This document shows positions 9,038 to 16,889 of a DNA stretch of 64,000 nt, in pieces. Each line of letters opens with the position of its first letter. Within the stretch, counting starts at the first letter, position 1. Location of the stretch: assembly GCA_036555585.1 (NCBI GenBank), contig DATBLE010000012.1:3133-67132 (forward strand), in the 5' to 3' direction. The translations under genes were made by a program, and so were the position numbers. The notes under the pieces are model-generated. The model ran no database searches. It had not been told where the DNA came from and saw only the letters and a list, made by a program, of their open reading frames with translations. This DNA comes from Gaiellaceae bacterium. Its GTDB lineage: Bacteria; Actinomycetota; Thermoleophilia; Gaiellales; Gaiellaceae.

Positions 9038-10149
9038 CCGCCCGGGCCGGCGTCGAGAGCGTGCTGGGCGAGATCGACGCGCTCATCGCCGCCGATGAGG
9101 CGGCCGACCGGAAGATCACCGGTGGTTGGAAGACCTTCGACGAGATCAGCGCCGCCGCGCACAGGCATGCATGGGACGCCTACGGCATCGACCTCACGGT
9201 CGACGCGGCCAGCTACCGGCGCCTCGGCCGGAGAAGGCGCGACGCGATCAAGCGCATCTTCGCCACGATCTACCGGGCCGAGTCGGTCGTCGACGACTGG
9301 ATGGACCGGATCGTCGCCGCAGTCCCGACCGCCGCCGAGGTAGCCGGCGGACCGATGGGGTACGACGCGATGCGCACGGCACTCGAGACGCAGGAGCACG
9401 ACGAAAAGATGCACCGCGGCAGCCTCCGTCGTGTGGCGACGGAGGTCCTCGGCATCGCCCCCGACGCGGTCGACCACTTCGCTCGAAAGCACGACAACTT
9501 CGTCGCGGAGACGCTCTTCGCCCGCTTCAACCGGCTGATGGCCCACCACCTCCGTCCGGGTCGGTCGATCGAGGACGTCTACACGGCGATCTTCATCTAC
9601 GGCGTGATCAGCGAAGACGTCGTCGCCAACAGCGACGTGGTCATCCGCCGAGCGACGAGCAACGACAAGTACGACGAGTACAACCTCCCTGGCATGAAAG
9701 AGGGACAGACCAACGTGCGGCGCGACGAGGGCCGCCACGTGCGCATCGCCGTCCTTGCCAGCCACAAGTACCTGGACGAGTACGAGAGCGCCCCGGAGGC
9801 TCTCACCGGAGTCGCCACCGAGTACATGGAGCTCGCCGACGACCTCCTTCGCCGGGCCAAGCGTTCACGCGGATTGATCGACTCCCACCTGAAGCAGTCC
9901 TACGGTCCCGGCGTCGAGTCTCTCTACTACTACCTCGTGAACATGAAGCGCCTCGCGGTGAGGCTCGGCGAGCTGGGCCTCCGCCGGGCCGTACTCGACA
10001 TCGGCGAGCGCGTCGACCGGGCCGTCTCGGAGTTCACGGATGAGCAGCGGCGGCCGATCGTGGACGAGCCAGGGGTTCTCCTCCGAGCTGCCGGCCCGAT
10101 CGCACTCAAGCTCACCCGAGCAAGGCTCCGTGGCCCTGCCGTCAGCTGA
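9034..10149 (+). CDS. Ferritin-like / RNR-R2-like di-iron carboxylate protein
   Basis: 371 aa. ATGA overlap with the SCO1 gene. Two E..ExxH pairs (RAES ... EHDEKMH; SEDVV ... RRDEGRH), as in di-iron oxidases. Confidence 0.65.
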   Translation: MTARAGVESVLGEIDALIAADEAADRKITGGWKTFDEISAAAHRHAWDAYGIDLTVDAASYRRLGRRRRDAIKRIFATIYRAESVVDDWMDRIVAAVPTAAEVAGGPMGYDAMRTALETQEHDEKMHRGSLRRVATEVLGIAPDAVDHFARKHDNFVAETLFARFNRLMAHHLRPGRSIEDVYTAIFIYGVISEDVVANSDVVIRRATSNDKYDEYNLPGMKEGQTNVRRDEGRHVRIAVLASHKYLDEYESAPEALTGVATEYMELADDLLRRAKRSRGLIDSHLKQSYGPGVESLYYYLVNMKRLAVRLGELGLRRAVLDIGERVDRAVSEFTDEQRRPIVDEPGVLLRAAGPIALKLTRARLRGPAVS

Positions 10150-10663
10150 GGACGAATCCTCACCGTCTTGGTCGGCGAGGTACGAATGCGTCTTTCCCAG
10201 CGCACGCCTGGGTCACTTACGGCAGGAGCGCCGGGCGAACGGGTCGCGGGAGGAGGGAGTCGCGACGAGTACACGCGGGGCGAGAATGATCTGATATTCG
10301 CCGAGGCGAGACGCGGCTGGCATTGAGCACCGACAGCAGTTGATCGTGCTACGCGTCACACGCAATGCGCACCTCTTGGCCCTGGCCGAACGGGCCATAA
10401 GGCAGCGGCAGCACGTAGCCTCCTGGCCGGGCTCGGGCTGCGCGCCTGGTAGCCGGTCCGTCACCTGTGGCAGATGGTCGCCTGTTGCCAGTCAGCTTCC
10501 ACCGCGGCACGAGCGTTCTGCTGCTCGTTGAATCCAGGACGAGAGGGAGAAGTGCCCATTGGGATAGCTATGCCCTTCACTGCGGCATAGCCGCATGCAT
10601 GGTCGGCAGCCGCACCGATGCCTGAATCTGGCCGCCAGGGGAGCATTGATAACGATGCACAAG

Positions 10664-10699
10664 GCGGGGACGAAAGTCACCGGGGACGCAGGTCTCGAC
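10664..10699 (+). promoter_or_regulatory. Two tandem DosR-box-like motifs (GGGAC-N4-GTC[A/T]C), cores 16 bp apart, 25-60 nt upstream of the CBS gene
   Basis: GCGGGGACGAAAGTCACCGG matches 14/20 of the mycobacterial consensus TTSGGGACTWWAGTCCCSAA. The second motif is CCGGGGACGCAGGTCTCGAC. Motif-level resemblance only. Confidence 0.3.
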
Positions 10700-10724
10700 G
10701 CGCCGCTTATGAGGGAGGTAGACG

Positions 10725-11951
10725 ATGAAAGTCCACGAGTTGATGACCACCGAGGTGATCACGGTTCACCGGGGGACGGCACTCAAGGACGCCGCGCGCA
10801 TCCTCACCGAGAGCGGGATCTCGGGGTTGCCCGTGGTCGACGCGGCAGGCCGTCCGATCGGCGTCATTTCCGAGGGAGACATCGTTCACCTCGAAACCGG
10901 TGAGGGGTCGAACGAACAGCGTGCTGTCGATGCTCGGGTCGAACGGCAGGTTTCGGCGACCAGCGTTGGCGACTCGATGTCCTCGCCTGCGGTGACCATC
11001 GCGCCCGACCGGCAAGTAACGGAAGCGGCAAGGACAATGATCGACCAGGCCATCAATCGCCTCCCCGTGGTTGACGAGACGGGACAGCTCGTTGGCGTTC
11101 TCACCCGAGCGGATCTCGTGCGGGCCTTCGTCCGCTCCGATGACGAGATCGCGGACGAGATCCACAGCGACGTGCTGCACAGACGACTCTGGCTCGAGCC
11201 CGACCGCGTCCACGTGAAGGTTCGACAAGGAAGAGTGGTCCTGACCGGCCTCATCGACACTCAGACCGACGCCGAACTGATCCCGATCTTCACCCGACGC
11301 GTGCCAGGCGTCATTTCGGTCACCTCGAGGCTGAGCTGGCTCGATCAAAACGGTCGTCTGGAGGGAAGGACGGAGAGTGGCGAGAATGAGCGGTCCGGCG
11401 CCGCGTCTACTGTCGCCGTGACCACACTCCTGACGAGCGAGCGTCACTCGATCCTGGAGGCCGCCACGGCAGCATTGAGCCGGGCCCGCGCGCTCCACTA
11501 TGCCTCGACTAGCGAGGAGACGGTACGACAACGTCTGAATGCACTATTCGACCAGCTTCTCGTTGGACTGACCGAACGCGACCTCGGCCCGATCGTCGCG
11601 TATGCCGAGCGAATGGCCGACGAACGGTTCTCGGCCGGGTATGACCTCTCCGAGGTACAGGTCGCCTTCAACACGCTCGAAGAAGCAACATGGTCATGCC
11701 TCCTCAGCGCGCTCGATGAATCCGGCTTTGCGGAGGCCATCGGCCTGATCAGCACCGTGCTCGGAGCAGGCAAGGACGCCCTCGCGCGAAAATATGTCTC
11801 CCTCGCAACAGAAAGGCGCGTGCGCTCGCTCGACGTGCGATCGCTGTTTGGAGGAAACGCGGAGGGCGTTCCGAGGAACACAGACGGCTGGGCCGCCGGC
11901 CCGACAGGTGTCAAACCGCTGACGAAGGAGGGTCCGCAATGTCGGTCATGA
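10725..11951 (+). CDS. CBS-pair + BON domain protein with an extra C-terminal helical (RsbRD_N-like) domain
   Basis: 408 aa; GAGGGAGG SD. Two CBS motifs (VITVHRGTALKDAARIL..ISGLPVVD; AVTIAPDRQVTEAARTMI..NRLPVVDETGQLVGVLTRADLV). BON (HVKVRQGRVVLTGLIDTQTD..VPGVISVTSRL). The C-terminal 170 aa (ERFSAGYDLSEVQVAFNTLEEATW) resemble RsbR-type N-terminal sensor domains from memory only. Confidence 0.8.
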   Translation: MKVHELMTTEVITVHRGTALKDAARILTESGISGLPVVDAAGRPIGVISEGDIVHLETGEGSNEQRAVDARVERQVSATSVGDSMSSPAVTIAPDRQVTEAARTMIDQAINRLPVVDETGQLVGVLTRADLVRAFVRSDDEIADEIHSDVLHRRLWLEPDRVHVKVRQGRVVLTGLIDTQTDAELIPIFTRRVPGVISVTSRLSWLDQNGRLEGRTESGENERSGAASTVAVTTLLTSERHSILEAATAALSRARALHYASTSEETVRQRLNALFDQLLVGLTERDLGPIVAYAERMADERFSAGYDLSEVQVAFNTLEEATWSCLLSALDESGFAEAIGLISTVLGAGKDALARKYVSLATERRVRSLDVRSLFGGNAEGVPRNTDGWAAGPTGVKPLTKEGPQCRS

Positions 11952-12454
11952 AGGAGATCCAGTTCCCCCTTTCGATTCAATGGCGAGGCGGCGGAATCGC
12001 CCACGCGCATGCCCGGGGAAAAGAAAGCCTGACACTCGCAACGCCGCCCGAGTTCCGAAGTGGACTTGCCGACCACTGGACGCCGGAGGACCTGCTGGTT
12101 CTGTCTGCCGCGTCCTCCTTCACACTCTCCTTGGCCGCCATCGCCGAGCGCGACAACTACCCGCTCGTCGAGGCAGAGATCACGGCAACCGGCCACATGA
12201 GCCGTCGTGACGACGGACGCTTCGGATTCACCGTCATCGAAGTCGATGCCCGCCTCGAGACGCTTCCGGGCCACGAGGACGACGTTCAATACGCCGCATC
12301 GAAGGCGCAGAGGTCCTGTCTCATCACCCCGGCGCTCAATGTCCCCGTTCATGTGGCCGTCACGGTCGAAAGCGTCCCGGAAGCGCCCCACTCACAGAAG
12401 GAAGAAGCCGGTCTCGTGAGCGTTGGAGAGCCGCGGTTTCAAACCGGCGACTAG
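11939..12454 (+). CDS. OsmC/Ohr-family peroxiredoxin-like protein
   Basis: 171 aa; overlaps the CBS gene by 13 nt. OsmC core WTPEDLLVLSAASSFTLSLAAIAE and C-terminal KAQRSCLITPALN. Confidence 0.85.
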   Translation: MSVMKEIQFPLSIQWRGGGIAHAHARGKESLTLATPPEFRSGLADHWTPEDLLVLSAASSFTLSLAAIAERDNYPLVEAEITATGHMSRRDDGRFGFTVIEVDARLETLPGHEDDVQYAASKAQRSCLITPALNVPVHVAVTVESVPEAPHSQKEEAGLVSVGEPRFQTGD

Positions 12455-12480
12455 AGCAGCCGCCAGGCTGATCCCTGTCG

Positions 12481-12509
12481 CTTGGGGCGGGCTTCCAGCC
12501 CGCCCCAAG
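12481..12509 (+). terminator. Strong GC hairpin downstream of osmC (12-bp stem CTTGGGGCGGGC/GCCCGCCCCAAG, loop TTCCA)
   Basis: Read directly. The following tract is only weakly T-rich (CCTGTGTGTG). Confidence 0.5.
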
Positions 12510-12645
12510 CCTGTGTGTGACGTCGTCCATGCGCCGCTCGCCGCGGCAAAGCTTACGAGGCGCGCTTGGCAGGACTTGAACGTGCCCTTGGCCAGCCCGA
12601 CGCTGCGGCGCACGCTCGGCCGTCGGGCGTAGGTCGACGATCCTC

Positions 12646-14430
12646 GTGGATCACCCGGTGCTGGCCCCTGTTGACCGGGGAGTTGACGTTCGCGACGATG
12701 TGGTTGCTATGGGGCCGGCCGCTGTCCTTCCTGGAGGGAACGAACGGCGATTACGTGCGCTTCTTGAAGTTGGGCGCGTGCTGGTTTCAAACTTTGAGCT
12801 GGAGGCCGTGCTGGAGCGGGTGTTGGCCGCCGCGAGTGAGCTGACGGGGGCGCGGTACGCGGCGCTTGGCGTGCTGGATCGGGATGGCCAGGGGTTGGAG
12901 CGGTTTCTCACATTGGGGATCGGCGAGGAGACGCGGCGGGCGATCGGTCCCTTGCCGCGCGGTCGTGGCGTGCTCGGTGTGCTGATCCGGGATCCGCGCC
13001 CGCTCCGCCTCGCCGACGTGGGCTCGCATCCGCACTCGTATGGCCTTCCGCCCGGGCATCCGCCCATGGGCAGCTTCCTCGGTGTGCCGATTCGGATCCG
13101 TGACGAGGTCTACGGCAACCTTTATCTGACCGAGAAGGAAGGGGGTGAGTTCGATGCGACCGACGAGGAAGCGCTCGTCGTATTGGCCGAGTGGGCCGGG
13201 ATCGCGATCGAGAACGCACGCGCCTACGCGCTCGTGCGGGGTCGTCGTGACGAGCTTGAGCGGGCGGTCGCCAGTTTGGAGGCGACGAACGAGATCGCCC
13301 ATGCTCTTGCTGGGGAGATCAACCTTGAGCATGTGCTCGAGCTGATCGTCAAGCGGGCGCGGGCGCTGACGGAGGCACGCTCAGCGGTCGTCCTGCTGCC
13401 GGATGGCCGCGAGCTGGTGGTGGTTGCCTTGGCGGGCGAGCTCGATCGAGCGCTGGTCGGCGCGCGGATCCCGATCGAGGGCAGCGTCAGCGGGCATGTC
13501 TTGGGCTCTAGCGAGCCGGAGCGGCTCCCCGACGCACCGAGCCGGTTGCGGTTTGCGCTCGCTGAGCAGACGCAGGCGAAGGCGGGTCTTTTCGTCCCGC
13601 TGCTCCTGCGCGGCCGCGTGCTGGGCGTGCTCGCCGCTTTCGATCGCATGGTCGAAGGTCCGCAGTTCAGCGGGCGCGACGAGCAACTCCTGAGCGCGTT
13701 CGCGGTCAGCGCCGCCGCCGCAGTCGCGACGGCGCAAGATGTCCGGGCGCAGTCGCTGCAGCGCAGCGTCGTCGCGGCTGAGCGGGAGCGAAAGCGCTGG
13801 GCGCGCGAGCTGCACGACGAGACGTTGCAAGAGCTCGCTGGGCTGAAGCTGTTGCTCGCCACGGCACGGATCGCCAAGGACGAACAGGAACGTAAAGCGC
13901 AGCTCGAGCGTGCCGGCGAGCGAGTCGATATCGCAGTTCGGGCATTGCGCGACCTGATCACCGACCTGCGGCCTGCGACCCTTGACGAGCTGGGGCTCCA
14001 GTCGGCGCTTGAGGCCCTCGCAGAACGCGTCATGCGTTCAACCGAGCTGAGTGTCGAGCTCGATTTCGACCTCGCGTACGAGCGCGGTCGCGAGCCCACC
14101 CGGCTGCCGCCTAACGTCGAGGACACGCTCTACCGCTTAGTTCAGGAATCGCTCGCGAACGTGGTCAAGCACGCCGTCGCGACACGCGCCGAGGTCATCG
14201 TGCGTGAGCGCGTGGACACGATCGAGGTGGTGATCGGCGACAACGGCAAAGGCTTCGAACCCGACGCCACCTTCACGGGCTTCGGACTGCTCGGCATGCG
14301 CGAGCGGGTCGCGCTGCACGACGGGACGATCACGATCGAGAGTCGTGCGGGCGAGGGCACCACCGTGCGAGCCGCGTTGCCCACCGAGCGAACAAGCGCC
14401 GACACTTTCGACTCCGGCGTCGGAGCCTAA
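12646..14430 (+). CDS. DosS/DevS-like sensor histidine kinase (GAF-GAF-HisKA_3-HATPase_c), no adjacent response regulator
   Basis: 594 aa. The GAF-A segment HPHSYGLPPGHPPMGSFLGVPIRIRDEVYGNLYLTEK closely parallels the heme-binding region of DevS/DosT, His included. HisKA_3 H-box RWARELHDETLQEL. ATPase NGKGF, GFGLLGMRER. Confidence 0.85.
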   Translation: MDHPVLAPVDRGVDVRDDVVAMGPAAVLPGGNERRLRALLEVGRVLVSNFELEAVLERVLAAASELTGARYAALGVLDRDGQGLERFLTLGIGEETRRAIGPLPRGRGVLGVLIRDPRPLRLADVGSHPHSYGLPPGHPPMGSFLGVPIRIRDEVYGNLYLTEKEGGEFDATDEEALVVLAEWAGIAIENARAYALVRGRRDELERAVASLEATNEIAHALAGEINLEHVLELIVKRARALTEARSAVVLLPDGRELVVVALAGELDRALVGARIPIEGSVSGHVLGSSEPERLPDAPSRLRFALAEQTQAKAGLFVPLLLRGRVLGVLAAFDRMVEGPQFSGRDEQLLSAFAVSAAAAVATAQDVRAQSLQRSVVAAERERKRWARELHDETLQELAGLKLLLATARIAKDEQERKAQLERAGERVDIAVRALRDLITDLRPATLDELGLQSALEALAERVMRSTELSVELDFDLAYERGREPTRLPPNVEDTLYRLVQESLANVVKHAVATRAEVIVRERVDTIEVVIGDNGKGFEPDATFTGFGLLGMRERVALHDGTITIESRAGEGTTVRAALPTERTSADTFDSGVGA

Positions 14431-14871
14431 GTCATGCACGGACCGCTAGCGGTTCTTCTCCTCGCTGCCGCGCGCAAGTGTGGAGCGATTGCCTTGTAGC
14501 CCCTGCCAGATCCGCCGCACGGTCAGTTCCGACCCCACCCGCGCGGCCTGGGAATGAGGGATGTGCCTCGACGCGGCGGTCGATTCAAGGCCGACGACCA
14601 GAGGAGGCGATCAGGACAATGAGCGACAGGATTTTGAGCACCTCTGATTCCAGGACGGCGAGGAAGACGCCGACCATGATCCCCGTCACGATCATGTGGC
14701 CGAGAAGTGGGCACCTGACCGGACTCTTTGACGGCGGCGACCGCCGCAACCCGCGTATGTTCTGACAGCCGATCAGCGGTGCCACGGATGCCTGCATCGT
14801 CTGCAGAGCGGGACGATTGCGACGTAGCGGGCAGGGACGAGCATGTTCCCGTTTCAGAGTCTGGAGCGCCG

Positions 14872-15720
14872 ATGAAAGAGATGCTGATCGCGGGTCGGGG
14901 TGGCGAGGGCGTCGTTCTCGCTTCCCAGCTCCTCGCGGATGCGTTGGCGCGCGCCGGGTACTGGGTCCAGAGCTTTCCGGAGTTCAAGGCCGAGCGGCGG
15001 GGTGCGCCGATTTCGGCCTTCCTCAGGTGGGATCGGGACTCGCGGATCCACCGACGGTACAAGGTGCGCGATTGCGACGTGCTCGCCGTGGTCTCGGCCT
15101 CACCGCCGTCGCCACAGCTCGTCTGCTCCGTTCGCGCGGGAGGATTGGTCGTCCTCAATCGCGATACCCGCTTCTCGCACGCCGGTGACTTCACCGTCGC
15201 TCGTGTGCCCGCCTCCCGGATCGCCCGCCGCCACAACGTCCTGTCCTCAGAGGGCCGGCCGATGGCGAACGCCGCCGTCCTCGGCGCCTGTATGCGATAC
15301 CTCCTGCCGGGCGACCTGCGGTTCCTCGAGCAGGCAATCGAGGCTCGGATGGGGCGTCTTGCTGGTGCAAACATCCTGGCCGCCAGAGAGGGTTACGCCC
15401 GTTGCACCCGCCAGCGCCGGCTCGCCGACGACCCACCCTTCGAGACAGCCTTTGCGCCGACCCGGCGTGGTCATGCCACCTTCCCAGTGAGCACGACCGA
15501 CTCCCGGGGAAACCACACTGGAACGTGGTCGGAGGAGCGTCCCGTGCTCACCGACGCCTGCACCGCCTGCGCACTGTGCGAGCTGTTCTGCCCTGAAGGG
15601 GCAATCGGCCGACACGCCGGCGAGATGTCGATCGACCTCCTCTACTGCAAGGGTTGCGGCATCTGCGAGGTGGTCTGCCCGGTTCGCGGCGCCGTGGGCA
15701 TGCAGGAGGTGCCCGTATGA
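14872..15720 (+). CDS. 2-oxoacid:ferredoxin oxidoreductase gamma subunit fused to delta (2x[4Fe-4S]) subunit
   Basis: In-frame ATG 14872 after GGAG. N-terminal POR gamma (MLIAGRGGEGVVLASQLLADALARAGYWVQSFPEFKAERRGAP). C-terminal CTACALCELFCP and YCKGCGICEVVCP. Confidence 0.85.
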   Translation: MKEMLIAGRGGEGVVLASQLLADALARAGYWVQSFPEFKAERRGAPISAFLRWDRDSRIHRRYKVRDCDVLAVVSASPPSPQLVCSVRAGGLVVLNRDTRFSHAGDFTVARVPASRIARRHNVLSSEGRPMANAAVLGACMRYLLPGDLRFLEQAIEARMGRLAGANILAAREGYARCTRQRRLADDPPFETAFAPTRRGHATFPVSTTDSRGNHTGTWSEERPVLTDACTACALCELFCPEGAIGRHAGEMSIDLLYCKGCGICEVVCPVRGAVGMQEVPV

Positions 15721-16889
15721 GCCGAACCCCGACCGCCGGACGCGTGCTGATGACGGCGGATGAGGCCGTCGCCCAGGCAGTGGTGCTCGCACGGGTTCAG
15801 GCGATCGCCTCCTATCCGATCACACCTCAGACGATCATCGTCGAGCGGCTCGCGGAGCTCGTCGGCGGGCGCGACGACGTCGAGTACGCGAACCTCGAGA
15901 GCGAGCATTCCATGTTCGGCTGGGCGATCGCCGCGGCGCATGCGGGCGTTCGCGCGTTCACGGCAACCTCGTCGCAAGGGCTGCTGTACGCACACGAACA
16001 ACTCCACCGGGCAGCGCGGGAACGCGTGCCGCTGGTGGCCGTCAACGTCAACCGATCGGTCTTCGCACCGTGGAGTCTCGAGCCTGACCTCTCGGACAGC
16101 ATGAGCCAACGTGACACCGGCTGGATCCAGGTCTATTGCTCCTCTGTGCAGGAGGTCTTCGACAGCGTCCTCTTCGGTTACCGGATCGCGGAGAGGCTCA
16201 TGCTCCCGGTGATGGTCTGCGCCGAGGGCTTTCTGCTCTCGCACACCTCCGAGCTCCTTCGGATCCCCGATCAGGAGGAAGTCGACGCGTTCCTACCGGC
16301 CCTGAGTCCTCCCCGTCCATGGTTGCTCGATCCGGCCCGGCCGCGCACATTCTCGGGCTTGCCGGAGCCGAGAGACTACGCAGCGTTCCAGAAGAAGGTC
16401 GCCGAGGCGCTCGAGGAGGCTCGAGGCGTCATCGAGACCACTGCCTCCGAGTTCAGCGCGCGATTCGGGCGGACGAAGGTGGGTGCACTCGAAGTGGCCG
16501 GCAACCCGCGCGCCGACACGGCGCTGATCACGATCGGGACGATCGGCGACACTGCTCACGAGCTCGTGGAGGACGGCGACGACCTCCTTCTCGTTCGTGT
16601 CCACACGTACAGACCGTTTCCCGGACCAGAGCTGGCCGCCGTGTTGACGAACGTGTCCCATGTTGCGGTCGTCGACCGCGCCGTCGCCTTCGGCTCGCTG
16701 GCGCCGCTCGGCAGCGACGTCAGGTCGCTCCGGCTCGACCACGCCGAGGCGATCGTGGACTTCGTCTGTGGCGTCGGCGGCACCGAAGTCACGCCGGCGA
16801 CGCTTCGCTGGGCAGTAGACGCGGCACGCTCGGCAGGTCAGGGGCGGGGATGCTGGGGACCCGTGTTCGTACCGGAAGGGGTGGAGTAA
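15717..16889 (+). CDS. porA: 2-oxoacid:ferredoxin oxidoreductase alpha subunit
   Basis: ATGA overlap with the gamma-delta gene. MTADEAVAQAVVLARVQAIASYPITPQT..ESEHSMFGWAIAAAHAGVRAFTATSSQGL. Confidence 0.9.
   Translation: MSRTPTAGRVLMTADEAVAQAVVLARVQAIASYPITPQTIIVERLAELVGGRDDVEYANLESEHSMFGWAIAAAHAGVRAFTATSSQGLLYAHEQLHRAARERVPLVAVNVNRSVFAPWSLEPDLSDSMSQRDTGWIQVYCSSVQEVFDSVLFGYRIAERLMLPVMVCAEGFLLSHTSELLRIPDQEEVDAFLPALSPPRPWLLDPARPRTFSGLPEPRDYAAFQKKVAEALEEARGVIETTASEFSARFGRTKVGALEVAGNPRADTALITIGTIGDTAHELVEDGDDLLLVRVHTYRPFPGPELAAVLTNVSHVAVVDRAVAFGSLAPLGSDVRSLRLDHAEAIVDFVCGVGGTEVTPATLRWAVDAARSAGQGRGCWGPVFVPEGVE

Noticed and set aside
10520-10700. Possible c-di-AMP (ydaO-type) riboswitch upstream of the CBS-domain gene, suggested by repeated UGAAUC(C/U) and GGGGA(C/G) elements.
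   Set aside because: I could not find the conserved ACCCGAAUCCGnCAGCUAACCUCGUAAGCG-type 3' block or the pseudo-twofold helices. The resemblance is limited to short GC-rich words. Left as 'unexplained leader' pending a covariance-model scan.
12432-12452. CGG-UUUCAAA-CCG loop with a UCA anticodon-like triplet next to a long GC hairpin; possible tRNA-Sec (selC).
   Set aside because: The anticodon stem has only 3 bp, there is no GGTTCGA-type T-arm or 8-bp acceptor stem, and the segment lies inside the osmC coding end. The GC hairpin is better explained as a terminator.
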